Numbered from the stretch's first letter, positions 24,963-38,444 are shown. The stretch: DNA of 64,000 nt from Octopus sinensis (GCF_006345805.1 NC_043006.1:52948001-53012000); one strand, 5' to 3'. Numbers and translations: made by a program. Notes: generated by a model from the sequence alone, not told the origin.

Positions 24963-25395
24963 AGGCGCAGTATGTATGAATGGCTGTGTGGTAAGTAGCT
25001 TGCTTACCAACCACATGGTTCCGGGTTCAGTCCCACAGCGTGGTACCTTGGGCAAGTGTTTTCTACTATAGCCTCGGGTCGACCAAAGCCTTGTGAGTGG
25101 ATTTGGTAGACGGAAACTGAAAGAAGCCCGTCGTATATATATATGTGTGTGTATGTGTGTGTATATGTGTGTGTGCGTGCGTGTGTGTGCTTGTGCGTCT
25201 GTGTTTGTCCTCCCAGCATCGCTTATCAACCGATGTTGGTGTGTTCACGTCCCCGTAACTTAACGGTTCGGCAAAAAGACACCGATAGAATAAGTACTAG
25301 GCTTACGAAGAATAAGTCCTGGGGTCGATTTGCTCGACCAAAGTCGGTGCTCCAGCATGGCCGCAGTCGAATGACTCAAACAAGTAAAGGAGTAA
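24963..25395 (+). mobile_element. SINE family B, full length
   Basis: tggctgtgtggtaagtagcttgc..gggttcagtccc (tRNA-like), internal (TG)n, tail ..ggccgcagtcgaatgactcaaacaagtaaa. Confidence 0.92.
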
Positions 25396-25887
25396 AAAGG
25401 GAGAGAGTAAGTTCTAAAAACATTACTGATGACAATAACCGAATATATTCGTCCAATATATTTATCCCTCTGTACGTGTCTACCAACGACTTTAAACTTT
25501 GGTTGGATCTATCTTTTCTTCTGAACCTTTCGTGCTAGTTAAAATTCATACGCCATTAAAATGTTTCATCCTAGTTAATACCACCTTCACTGTCATCTTA
25601 ATGTCGATCGAGTATTTTTCATAATAACGATCTTTCCTTAGAAAAAAAGTTGTTACATTGAATCACCTATTCTTGTCAATTCAATAGTATTGACCCATAT
25701 TTCTTCAGCTATGCTGCTTAATCTGAGATTAAAACTTGCAATCACGTCTCTGGTTGCTCTTTTTTTTTGTCTTGTTTTGATTTTTGTTGTTGTTTTTTTC
25801 TTGCTGATGCCCGTTGTATTTAGTAAAACATCTACAAGAGTTTTATCCTGGATTTGCATTTTATATATTATGTACATGTGTAAAAAG

Positions 25888-26225
25888 TAAAGACCCCCTT
25901 CGGTCATGAATGACCATGGGATTGCACCTAGAAAGTTATCCTCCTAGACACAAGTCCGGACAAGGTTGTTTATGGAAGGCCAGCAGTCGCTCATGCATAC
26001 CAGCCTCCCCTCTCCACGCCACCAGTGTTATCCAAGGGAAAGACAAACGACAATACAGCTTGGCACCAGTGACGTCGCAACTCATTTCTACAGCTGAGTG
26101 AACTGGAGCAACGTGAAATAAAGTGCCTTGCTCAAGAACACAACACCCAGCCCGGTCCGGTATTCGAGCTCACAACCTCACCATCGTAAGCTCGACGCTC
26201 TAACCACTGAGCCATGCGCCTTCAC
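25888..26225 (-). mobile_element. tRNA-derived SINE family C, full length with probable TSD
   Basis: Minus-strand head gtgaaggcgcatggctcagtggttagagc, central gttcttgagcaaggcactttatttcacgttgctccag, tail gaagggggtcttta. catgtgta flanks both sides. Confidence 0.9.
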
Positions 26226-26399
26226 ATGTGTATTAGCTGTGTATTCTTTAATTATGTACCCTGATGTATCAGTTATGTATATTATATTATTAGATATAAT
26301 GATGAATTAATCTATATATTCTATATATTTCATTTAGCTATTTGTAGATATCAATTGTTATTTCTAATATAATATACATAAGTACGTATGTACATGCAG

Positions 26400-26463
26400 T
26401 TGGATGGATGGATGGATGGATGGATGGATGGATGGATGGATGGATGGATGGATGGACAAAAAC

Positions 26464-26529
<66 letters not shown>

Positions 26530-26574
26530 GGATGGATGGATGGATGGATGGATGGATGGATGGATGGATGGATG

Positions 26575-26653
<79 letters not shown>

Positions 26654-26694
26654 GGATGGATGGATGGATGGATGGATGGATGGATGGATGGATG

Positions 26695-26764
<70 letters not shown>

Positions 26765-26778
26765 CAGATAGATAGATA
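26400..26778. repeat. Compound tetranucleotide microsatellite of alternating (TGGA)n and (TAGA)n blocks
   Basis: Three GGAT blocks, each followed by an AGAT block. Confidence 0.95.
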
Positions 26779-28639
26779 TAAGGCGGCGAGCTGGCAGAAA
26801 CGTTAGCACACCCGGCGAAATGCTTAGCGATATTTCGTCTGCCGTTGTCCACTGCAGCACCGGAACTAACACCACCACCCACCACCCACCATTGTTGTTG
26901 CATCCTTTACATCACTAAATTCTCAACTTATCACCTTCATCAATTTCGAAAGTAACAAACTATACTTATATTACAACCACTTTCACTATTATCAACATCA
27001 CCATTGTTGTGTTCTTTACTCCAAAAATATCCCCACACACATACACACACCTACACTGTGTCCTTGGACCAATACCGTCAACACCAATATCACTAGCAAT
27101 TCTGTATTCTTGAATAAACACAATTACAATATCTACCACGAATATATGCTTTTCCACTACCAACAGAACAACTCCTTTACTAGAATTTCCATTGCATTAT
27201 CATGACTATCAAACCAAACTGTTGACATACACATATACAAACAAACGTTTATGTAAAACATTTAAAGCTTTTCAAAATTACAGTATCGCTTTTGTCGCCT
27301 TGATTCCAGCAAACATTTTGTAAATTCCATTTGCGTCACATCTTCCTCTATGCCTTCTTTGTCCTGGATTTAAAACTTTAATATTTTATTTCGTACTGAA
27401 CAAATTACACAGAGCGATGTTTGTTGCGTTAAAGATCAAATGATTTTTATTATCGATATGTTTTCTATTGATATTTAAAAAACGCAGAGTTAAAGGGGAG
27501 TAACTATAATTGTTGTGTGGGGAAAGAAGACATTAAGGCATCAGCAGTTGTCTCCCATGCAGTTATTCGCTTTTTAACTAAAACCTCAACTATAAAGCAT
27601 TTACAGCGTGGAAGACTCAAAAATATTTTTTTTTAACTATTAACTTCATTTAATTGTTTATTATTTGGTGTTAAAATTTTCATCGCACTCTCAGTGACCT
27701 GGTCACTAACACAGTTCCACTGTAACTAGTCCGAGACAAGACCAGTTACAGTGAGACAAGACCGAGACAAGATGACGATGATGATGATGATGATGACGAT
27801 GATGATGACGACGACGACGATGACGATGATGATGACGACGACGACGACGATGATGATGATGATGGTGGTGGTGGTGTGTCATTACTCTGACACCTGTAAC
27901 TACTTCGCATCGCGCTTTGCCCCAGTTAATCTGACGAGACAGCAATTTATAGCTTCTTTTTTCTTTTTTTTTTTCTTCTCCTGTAGAAGAGAAACACTCG
28001 CCTCATCAGACGCAGATAATGCAGAAAGCATTCAGTACATGGGCCAGTGTAATATAAAAAGATGATAATCTGAGCTATTGAAAGTGGCATAAAGTTCTGG
28101 TTCGTAGTTTCCCGTAGAGAAAGCGAGAGTAGCCGAAATCAGCAACAACTCAATGGGTGTTTGGGGCTACTTTTTCAGCACTACCGGGAAGCTCTTTATG
28201 CCTTCAGATTCAGAACTGGAGAATACCGATGCCCTCCTCTTCTAAGCAGTATTACCTTGTCCGCCTCCCAATATAAATTCAAATGTATGATGAGAAGGAC
28301 TGACAAAATAAAAAATTTAAAAAAAAAAAAAAAAGAAGAAACAAAAGAAAAGCAAAAAAAGCCACCCTTGTAAGATATATATGAAGGGACTGGACGGAAT
28401 ATCTGACTTCAGGAACTTGTGCAAGCTCGGGGTTTTCAAATGGGGGTATAATGGGTTAATCGAATTATTATTTTAGAAAGACACGCTTCACCAACCAATA
28501 TGTGGATAGTACGAGAACTTGGACCTGAATAAAGCGCCTGGAATATAGTTTTGGTTAAGACCACAGAGGGGTTTATGAATGTATAAAATATTTTTGCCCA
28601 GAATATGTGGTCCCTTTCAAGGCTGAGCATACAGCGACG

Positions 28640-29350
28640 GCGCTTGGTAGAAATTAGAAGCTTTAAGTGTCATCGCAGACAAACTAGAACGGTGTCGACA
28701 GACATGGACGAGGTCACCATCATAGTGGTGGACACTAAGAACAATGAGTTGATCGGCAATATTGTGGTGGCAGGAGTAAAAATCAACAAAGAAAAGTCAA
28801 TGAGCTTGCAGCTCGAAGACTGGTTTGGTTCAGTGGGGAAAAACTGGGACGAGCAGGATAGCCAACCTAACCCAGAAATATGTCCGTTAAATATCATAAC
28901 CTGACCGTCGTTCTTTTCCCCAGTTCACGTCTTGCTGAACCAAAGTTCCTGTTCTTCTTTCTATGCAGCGAACACATTCCACTGGTCAGATATTCCATTT
29001 GCTTGAAGACCAAGTATTCCGTGACTAATGATACGCAAGCATATACTGAGGCTGCGACATCTCCACCATTTCTTTGATGGTGAGCAGACGTAGTCGCGAT
29101 CTGTCTGACTCTCTTTTCCGCAGTTCGTCTCTTTGACAGATATGCAATCCTGGATCGGATCGCGCCTATGGATAATTTCTAAAAATCCCTGGCCAGCCAA
29201 TTTTACGGGGTTGCGTGGCCGCTCTGGGATAAATTCTACCGCTACAGTAGCGCTGTCAGACAGGATTGCCTGAAATGCTTGAAGAACAACGAAACTTCTG
29301 CATGCACTTGTCTAGTGCCCGAACAAGACTGGTGAACAAGACTAAAAGGA
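28640..29350 (+). mobile_element. Decayed L1/Tx1-type LINE RT fragment
   Basis: DEVTIIVVDTK..VAGVKINKEKS (YADDVT..GAKINxEKS-like), KNWDE, YHNLTVV..PLVRYSIC, LRLRHLHHFFDGEQ in shifted frames. Confidence 0.65.
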
Positions 29351-29985
29351 CTGAAGATAGTTCTCTCCTCCTTTGGCCAACCCACCATCAATTTTTTCAC
29401 GTTTCACTTGAAAAGGAAAGTCAGCAGGGAAAAAGATGTGCTAACTCGCAACAAATTTGTTGAAAGGGAGGTTAGTGTGGAAAAGATTTGCCCTGAGGAT
29501 GCACCTGCAAATTGGAGGAGGACAGAGAGAAAGCACTTGCACTAGCAATAAAGGTGATCATGGTTTTGTGGCGCTTCCACGAGCACATCTCATAAGACTC
29601 CTTGTGAGGGATGATTTTTTTTTGTTCTTTCTTTCTGTTATTTTATTGTCCACACACTTTTACGTAACCCGATTTTGAATCGTCCTATACCATCGTCAAG
29701 CGTTTTGTGAATCCTTAGTGATTAATATAAAAATCTACTTTTTTATTTTATTTTAATTCATTTTATCCGTTAGCATGTTCAGAGCTCAAATCCCACCGAG
29801 ATCGACTTTGTCTTTCATCTTCTCAGGGGTCGATAAATTAAGTTCCAGCTGAACACTGGGGTCAATGTAATCGACTCATCCCCTCCCCAAAATCGCTGCC
29901 CTTGTGGAAAATTCGAAACCATTATTGTTGTTGTTGTTGTTGCTGTTGTTTATTGAATTAACAGAATAGAACGGCAGACAAAATA

Positions 29986-30826
29986 CCGTAAATCCTCGAG
30001 TATAATCTGCATTTTTTCCCCAAAATTTAAAACTCAAAATCCCTAGTTCGTACTATATACGAGGTTAAAGATGAAAAATATTTTCTAAGCAATGTCCGAG
30101 TCTCTATTTGGCTATTCCGACGCATTTTGTAATGTCGTGCGCGAAAATACCTTAAAGCTAAGCCTGAAAGCAATGAAGTCTTTTTTTTTTTTGTCAAGGG
30201 AAATTTGGAACGAGAAATTACGACTACTACACCACAGGGTAGGAGAAATGATAAAGGAGAAGATCAAAGTTGTAGAAAACAATTTGATTAAGGAGAGGTT
30301 TCTCACACATATGCGACTTCGGGTACCCAACTTACAATAACGGTTTCTTTTTTCAAATTATATCTTGCTTTTATTATTGTCTCAATTTTCAATTACTTAT
30401 ATGTCTATTTTTTATGTTTATATCGAATCTCTATATATATAAACGGCAAAATGTCTGCGTGTGTGTGTCCTTTATACAAATCCACAATTTTTCAGTTAGA
30501 GGGCTCGCACTTTCTATGGTCATTCAAAACCGTCCAAGGGTGATCGTACACATCTTTATATTTATTAAAATAAAAGTATTCAGAACACAGAATAACATGT
30601 AACAAAAACAATTTGCAAACATATTTACATTCCCATATATCAGTTAAGAACACCACCATTATTGTATTACGCATGCGCGGAAATGTTTGTTCGACTAGGT
30701 GCTGCTGGCTTAATTACGCACGACTCAAGTTAGAGAAGGAGTGCGTTTAGGTTTTTCAGAGGTACAGCTCCCTAAAAATCCCCTGTGTATTAAATTCAAG
30801 GGCGGACTATACTCGAGGATTTACGG
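29986..30826 (+). mobile_element. pogo/Tigger-like MITE, longer variant with nested Helitron 5' fragment (30428-~30560)
   Basis: TA-ccgtaaatcctcgagtataa..ggcggactatactcgaggatttacgg-TA. The internal TCtctatatatataaacggcaaaatgtctgcg is shared with 38445. Confidence 0.85.
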
Positions 30827-31204
30827 TACCTCACGGCATTTATTTATGTTCCTTTACGTTCTAAGTTTAAATCCTGCCTTTCACCTTTCAGAGCTCGGCA
30901 AAATAAAGTACCAGTCAAGTACTGGGATTGATTCAATTGACTATTCTCTACTACAAAATTTCTAACATTATGCTTAGTTTACAAACAATTCAAATTGCGA
31001 TAAATTAATAATCTTTAGAGCATCAAATCAAATGCCATGAGATCTTTAGTTATATGTCTCTGTGCTCTGAGTTCAAATTCCGCTGAGGTTCGCTTATTTG
31101 AAGGCAGCAAACTATCAGAATCATTTGAGCATCTTGCAGTATTTACTTCCAGCTCTTTACATTTTGATTTTAAAAGCCTCTGAGATCACCTTTTCCTTTC
31201 ATCC

Positions 31205-31284
31205 CTGATATACCCTCCAGCCTGCTTCAGGTGTCTAGGGGAAATTTCGAACCTGGGTTCTCATTCCGAAGGTATTTTTTTATG

Positions 31285-31316
<32 letters not shown>

Positions 31317-31338
31317 TTTGTTGTTGTTGTTGTTGTTG

Positions 31339-31395
<57 letters not shown>

Positions 31396-31580
31396 TTGTT
31401 GTTGTTGTTGTTGTTGTTCAGATCACTGCTTGGAATCGAACTCGAAATCTTAGGGTTAGTAGGCCGCGCTCTTAACCACTATGCCCGTGGGCATATGGTG
31501 TAGTGGTTCCGAGTTCGATTCCAAGCAGTGACAGAAACAATAACAATAAAAATATATTTTCTTTAATAATAATAATAATG

Positions 31581-31613
<33 letters not shown>

Positions 31614-31614
31614 T

Positions 31615-31646
<32 letters not shown>

Positions 31647-31830
31647 TCGAAATATGCCTTAGGAATGTGAACCCAGGTTACAAATTTCCCCAAGACATCT
31701 GAAGAAGGCTGGAGGGTATATCAGCCGAAACGTTGTATTAACAACAAACAAGATGAGGACAAATATCCGTCGAATGTAAATAATGTAAATAATGTACATA
31801 ATTCCTCATCTCTTAAATATAGAACTGTAA
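31205..31830. mobile_element. Head-to-head pair of ORF-less Penelope-like terminal repeats (tRNA-like head, simple repeat, hammerhead, tail)
   Basis: Symmetric about tgcccgtgggca (31482-31493). 22-bp perfect arms at 31423-31444 and 31510-31531. The tail aacaacaaacaagatgaggacaaatatccgtc..catctctta is shared with the PLE at 33019-34431. Confidence 0.8.
31694..31739 (+). ncRNA. Type I minimal hammerhead ribozyme motif (PLE-associated)
   Basis: gacat-CTGAAGA-A-GGCTG(gagggtatat)CAGCC-GAAA-CGTT-gtatt. Palindromic ACGT helix III. Helix I is imperfect here; the minus copy at 31205-31235 keeps gacac. Confidence 0.7.
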
Positions 31831-31849
31831 ATAATTATTTCTACCCTAG

Positions 31850-32425
31850 GCACAAGGCCTTGGAAATTTGTGGGGAAGGGGCCTAGTCGTGTATATCTAC
31901 CCCAGTGCGTAACTGGTACTTATTTAATCGACCCCGAAAGGGTGAAAGTCGACCCTGGCAGAATTTGAACGCAGAACGTAGCGGCAGACGAAATACCGCT
32001 CAGTATTTCGCCCAGCGTACGAACGATTCTTTTTTACTCTAGACATAAGGCCCAAAATTTTGTGGGGAGGGGACCTGTCGATTAGATCGATACCAGTACG
32101 CAACTGGTACTTAATTTGTCGACCCCGAAAGGATGAAAGGCAAAGTCGACCTCGGTGGAATTTGAACTCAGAATGTAGCGGCAGACGAAATACCTATTTC
32201 TTTACTACCCACAAGGGGCTAAACACAGAGGGGACAAACAAGGACAGACACACGGATTAAGTCGATTACATCGACCCCAGTGTGTAACTGGTACTTATTT
32301 AATCGACCCCGAAAGAATGAAAGGCAAAGTCGACCTCGGCGGAATTTGAACTCAGAACGTAGCGGAGGACGAAATACCGCTAAGCATTTCGCCCGGTGTG
32401 CTAACGATTCTGCCTGCTCGCCGCC
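31850..32425 (-). mobile_element. SINE family A tandem array (about 3 cores)
   Basis: Repeated aatcgaccccgaaagg..aaagtcgacc..gaatttgaac units, with a head at ~32425. Confidence 0.88.
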
Positions 32426-32850
32426 TTTCATTGAACATGTAATGATTTTTTTAATATATATATACAAAGGCACGACGCCGAAAACTATAGTAGTACTGTT
32501 TGTGACAGTGATAATAGTGTTGATGATGAGTAATTCTCTAATAAACATCTCTTAGTACAAATAATATACGAAAGCACTCAGAATATAGTTCCAGACAAAT
32601 TGAAAAGTATAGAGTTCTTTCCCCTGACAGTATATTGTTAAAACTTCCCGGATTTCTGTTAAATTTCTTTCTATTGCTTGATAAATATCTTGGTCAAATC
32701 CAGTTTACAATTGAAAATTATAAAATCGAATTAAATATAGATTATTGATAATTAACTGTGAAATACAATATCTTTTGTTATGTTCATATGTAAAATGAAT
32801 ATCAATATTCCTTTTCTCAATGAATATTATATATATATATATATATATAT

Positions 32851-32938
32851 ATTAGAAGAAATGAGGTACTAAGAAAATCGGATGGTAGGATCGTAAATAT
32901 AAACCATCCGATTTTCTGAGTACCTCATTTCTTCTAAT
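32851..32938. repeat. Near-perfect hairpin (36-bp arms, 1 mismatch, 16-nt loop) in a (TA)n tract
   Basis: attagaagaaatgaggtactaagaaaatcggatggt pairs with accatccgattttctgagtacctcatttcttctaat. Confidence 0.92.
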
Positions 32939-32968
32939 ATATAATACCTGTACATCATCTCCAAACCT

Positions 32969-33015
<47 letters not shown>

Positions 33016-33018
33016 TAT

Positions 33019-34426
33019 ATAAGAGATGAGTAATTATGTACATTATTTACATTTGTCCTCTTCTTGTTTGTTGCTAACACTGGTACTCATCCCTAAGGTA
33101 TTTTTCGTTGCCTGGAATTGAACTCAGAATCTTGGGTTTAGTAGCCCGCGCTCTTAACCACGCCATATACCCGTGGGCAATTGTGGAGTGAATTTTAGGG
33201 CTTATAAATCTAATATTCTCATATCCTTCCTTAATACCGGTTCTCATATGCTATTCATATCTGCACTCTGTCTGCTCGATTAAAGACAGAGCTGACTTGA
33301 CGCATTGACACTGATACATATCGACAAGAAGAGGGTTTAGCTATGGTTCGCCATTATCACCGATATTAGCCAATATATATATGGAATACTTTGAGAATGT
33401 GGCTTTAGGATCAACACCACTAAAACCAACCCTATGGCTGCGACTCTGGCCCCACCAGAATGATGTCCAAGTGCTGTTAGATCATGTGAACTCAATAAAG
33501 ACATCCATACAGTTCACAATGGTAAAGGAAAAAGACAATCAATTAGTATTCCTGGACGTATTAATAACGCCCGCCAAGTATGGATTCAGGACATCTGTAT
33601 ACCGCAAGCCGACCTTCACAGGACGATACCTCAACTTCAATTCCCATCATCCATACAGTGTAAAGAGAGGGATTGCTTAGTGCCTAAAAGATCGTGCAAA
33701 GAATATAAGTAGCGATCGTGATACACACCACGAAGAAATGATCAAGCTCAATAGCAATCTATTAAGCAACAACTACGCCAAAAACATACTATCCACTCCA
33801 ATTATGAAGAAAAGAGAGGATGAAACCGATAAACTGTCCACAGTCTGTCTACCCTATGGGAAAGGCCTCTCTGAAAAGTTAAAAAAGATATGCGGCCCAC
33901 ATGACATCAGGACAGTATTCAAGAGTAATACAACACTTCGCAAATATCTCTTTCGGGTAAAAGCACCAATAGAAGAGAACATAACCAAAAAGTGCGTGTA
34001 CTCCATCCCACGCGGCTGTAGTAGGTTATATACAACGGCAAAACATTGCACCCCCTCAAAATAAGGCTAGAAGAACATTGCAAGGCTGTGACATGAGGAG
34101 ATATTGATCAATCGGGTATGGAAAAATGGAGACCACCTCCCCCTGTGGGATGAAGTTAAAATACTAGACAGAGAAGACCTCTGGAAAATACGAAAACTAA
34201 AAAAAGCAGCACATATGCTAGGACACAACAACCTCCTGAGCAGACAGAGTGAAGATATGAACAGCATATGGGAACTGGTATTAAAGAAGGATAGGAGAAT
34301 ATTAGATTTATAAGCCCTAAAATTCACTCCATAATTGCCCACGGGCATATGGCGCTGTGATTACGAGCACGAAACGTTCTGTTAACAACAAACAAGACGA
34401 GGACAAATATCCGTCAAATGTAAATA

Positions 34427-34431
<5 letters not shown>
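33019..34431 (+). mobile_element. Penelope-like element: truncated RT plus GIY-YIG endonuclease with an inverted 5' terminal repeat
   Basis: GLAM.SPLSPILANIYMEYFE, FLDVLI, VYRKPTFTGRYLNFNSHHP, CVYSIP, RLEEH, WDEVKILDRE; stops and frameshifts present. 33160-33278 is the reverse complement of 34237-34354, and both ends carry the same tail. Confidence 0.95.
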
Positions 34432-34466
<35 letters not shown>

Positions 34467-34559
34467 CCCAATATACATTTCAGTGAAGCTTTACACAGCA
34501 TTGTATCATTATCGACTGCTATTTCCAGCAAACATTGGTGCCTCGTTGTACCACTATTT

Positions 34560-34623
<64 letters not shown>

Positions 34624-34627
<4 letters not shown>

Positions 34628-35905
34628 GTCGTCAAATATAAAATTTGTAGAAAAGAAAAAAAGTTTACTTATGTTTTATAAATACAATGAACAGTTTTAT
34701 TCATCAAAGTATGCACCCATATTGTCAATACACTTTTGCTATTTCAGTGGTAGTTTGTCCAGCAGAGAACTGTAAAAGCCTGGCAATCTAGAGTCCTTGG
34801 AAGGCCTTTTTTACAACATCGTCGGAATTAAATTTTTTTCCTATCAAAAAGTTATCCAAATTCTGGAAGGAGTGGTAGTCAGTGGGGACAAGATCAGGTG
34901 AGGATCGTGGATGATGGAGAACTCTCAACTCCATCTCTTGTAGTTTCGTCAATGTCATTTTTGTGATGCGTGATCTGACATTGTCTTGCAATAAAATAGG
35001 AGTGGATCTGTTGAATTTATCTAGGCTGTTCTTTTTTCTTTCTTTTTTTTTTAAGTTTCTGCATCATTTGGTCATGTTGGCTGCAATAAACTCCGGCCGT
35101 GATTGATGAGCCAGGTTTAATGAAATCATGATGGATCACCTGCGCCAAACCACCAAACACATACCATCAGCTTCTTTTGATGAATTTTACTCTTTGGACT
35201 GTGTTTTGGTGGCTTGTCTTTGCCTAACCATTGTGCTGAACGTTTATGGTTGTTGTATTGGATCCATTTATCATCACATGTTACAATTCGATAAAAAAAT
35301 TATTCATTTTTGTGACGAGAAAGTAGCATAATACAGGCTTCCAAACGTTGCTGTTTCTGATTTTTATTGAGTTCATGTGGAACCCATTTATCCAACTTTT
35401 TTACTTTACCGATTTGAACTAGGTGAACTAGGTTTGCTAACACCAAACAGCAACGATAGTTCACTGGCACTTTGAGATGGATCTGATTCAACGGTGGCTT
35501 TCATTTCGTCATTATCTACCTTTTTTCTGGTCGACCGCGTTGCTCATTTGTAATATCAAAGTTACTAGAAGGAAATTTTGCAAACCAATTTCATACTGTC
35601 TGTTACGTAATAACATTAGAATGAACTACTCCATTAATATTCCGAGCTGTTTCTGATGCTGTATTTCCATGAAAGAACTCCTATTTCAAAACTGAACGAA
35701 TTTCCGACTTATCCATCTCTAAACAAAAATAGCAAAAAACGATTTATAAATACTTTATAAAGTGCAAAACAAGTTAGAATAAAGAATTAGATGTGTCAGC
35801 TTGCTAACAAGAAATAGAGATTGTCAAATATAATAATGGAACATAATGAGCAGCTATCAAAGTTTACCATATATTTTACTACAAATTTCATACTTGGCGA
35901 CCTAA
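34624..35905 (-). mobile_element. Near full-length decayed mariner
   Basis: TIRs ttaggtcgtcaa and ttggcgacctaa with TA flanks. Motifs WVPHEL, IVTCDDKW, LLQDN, HPRSSPDLVPTDYH on the minus strand, with frameshifts. Confidence 0.93.
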
Positions 35906-36268
35906 TATATATAATGGTGCTATTTTCAGTAAAGCTTTTCGCTACGGAATACTAAATTTCCTGGTTATTCCAGTAATGCTGAAAAATATCTACCAAAAAA
36001 TACAATTGGTATTTTCTGTAAGTCACATTGCCTCAATAAGTTTGAAATATCTCTAAAGAAAATAGTTTCAAAAACATGACATTCTTAAACAAAAGATTGT
36101 TTGGTATATAAAACCTGCTCTCTGCAGTAAAGGGTAATGAAATTTTGAGCCGGTACATATCTGCAATATAAAAGTTAACGGGTTACAAAACTAATGTGCC
36201 GTGCTTGCAGAACTGTTGAAAAATGAGCGACATTTTTATGTATGTATGTATATACACACACACACACA

Positions 36269-36388
<120 letters not shown>

Positions 36389-36553
36389 ATGTGGCAAAAA
36401 ATGATGAAACATCGATGTCCATCATTCCTTTGTGTGATTAGAGGTGAATTACCTCGCCTGTCCATGACTTTCGGGTGTCTTAAAATCACCCTGTGTTTTC
36501 GCAGCCTAACGGGAAATACACGGTGAGTATACGTAATGTATATGTCACTGATA

Positions 36554-36591
<38 letters not shown>

Positions 36592-36595
36592 CATC

Positions 36596-36678
<83 letters not shown>

Positions 36679-38049
36679 AAACGATGAAATGCATACGTGC
36701 GGGAAAACTTAATAGGTGTTAGCCACATGGAAAACTAAATGCAAGGCCAAGAAAGATATGATATCTTCCTATTGGTTCATGTATAAGAAAGTGATGCAAA
36801 AGGAACGCGCTACCGGGACAAATTAACGACGTCTGCCACAGAAATGCATAGCGAGAACACGGAATCATGGGTATACGTACAGAGTTACACTAAGGTTAAA
36901 CTTTGCCAAACTGGGCAATGTTACTGCAACTTACTATAGTGATAGTATACAATTCCACCGCTTTTGTAATAGTAATTTCTACTTCTCTGGTGCTACATGT
37001 AATCTGGTGCTGCAAAGTAAAGGTAGCCTCGGCGGGATCTGAACTCCGAATGAAAAGAACCGGAATAAATCTCACCTGTCATTTCATTCGATGCTTTACC
37101 TATTTCGCCAATCCCCTTGCCCATATAATTTTTGATTTATTAATTTAGGCACACGACTAGCAATTTGAGGCGCGGGGTTATTCGATTAAATCGATTCCAG
37201 TATTTGATTGCTACTTTATTATATCGATCTCTTAATAGGTGTAGCATGAACGGCAAAGTTGACTACGATAGGATTTAGATTCGAAATGTAACGAGAACAA
37301 ATACCACAAGGTATTTTGTCCGACTGTAACGTTTCTGCTAATCTACCGCCTTATAATAATTGTTTGTAATTTAAGCACAAAGCTAGAAAATATGATTAAC
37401 TATTAAAACGCAATACATAACTGTAAATTTATTTTATCGAACTCGAGGGAATGAAGGGTCAAGTTGATCTCGGTGGGATCTGAACCCAGAACCTAAAGAT
37501 GTGAAACAAAAATCACAAAGCATTTTTTCCAATGCATTTTGTAGTAAATCTGCCGAAATAAAAATAATTCTTTGTCCGTATAGAACAGTTTGATCTCGTT
37601 TGTTTTCTTTCCTTCTTTCTTTCTTGCTTTCTTTCTTTCATCCTTTCTTTTTTTTTAATGTTTGTCTCTGTGTCATTCATTTTGAATAGCAATTAGTATT
37701 GAAAGGCTGTCCAAAGAAAATTATGATAATGTGACATTTTTTGTTTCTCCTTCAACTTAATCCTTTCTTTCCACTCTGTGACCCATCATCAACATCGTCC
37801 ACCCATCCTATTCGCTCTATCCGTCAAAATGTCACATCAAGTGTTCTATGACATTCTCTGATGTCGCTAGAGTATCGCTAGAGTAGCGGCATGGTTTGAC
37901 AGTTCGAATCTTGTGACGTTAGTTGAACAGGACATGTCTTAACACGCGCTGGGAGTGGTTTAGATTGTAGGAACACAAACTAACAAAGCAAAACTTGGCA
38001 TCCTGCAACCTAAACCGAATAACTCCGAGATCAAGGAGGAGGATGACAA

Positions 38050-38092
<43 letters not shown>

Positions 38093-38115
38093 ATAGATAG
38101 ATAGACAGACAGACG

Positions 38116-38217
<102 letters not shown>

Positions 38218-38444
38218 TGATAGATAGATAGATAGATAGATTGATAGATAGATAGATTCAGAGATTCCATATTAAGATATTTAATTTGTCGAACAATAAA
38301 ATAAGTTAGATATGTTAGACTTGTTTTGGTTAGATCATGTGACATTATCTGCTAATTTTAAACGTTACTGCACTTGAAAAAATTTTTTCCTAATTTCAGT
38401 ATATTTGAGTGATTTATGGAAATATGATAATGGATTTATTTAAA

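Noticed and set aside
27925-28015. CTGACGA (+) and CTGATGA (-) motifs
   Set aside because: No helix II closing onto a GAAA in either orientation.
28440-28460. gggTTAA resembling a piggyBac end
   Set aside because: No matching opposite terminus or transposase; the nearby coding remnant is L1/Tx1-like.
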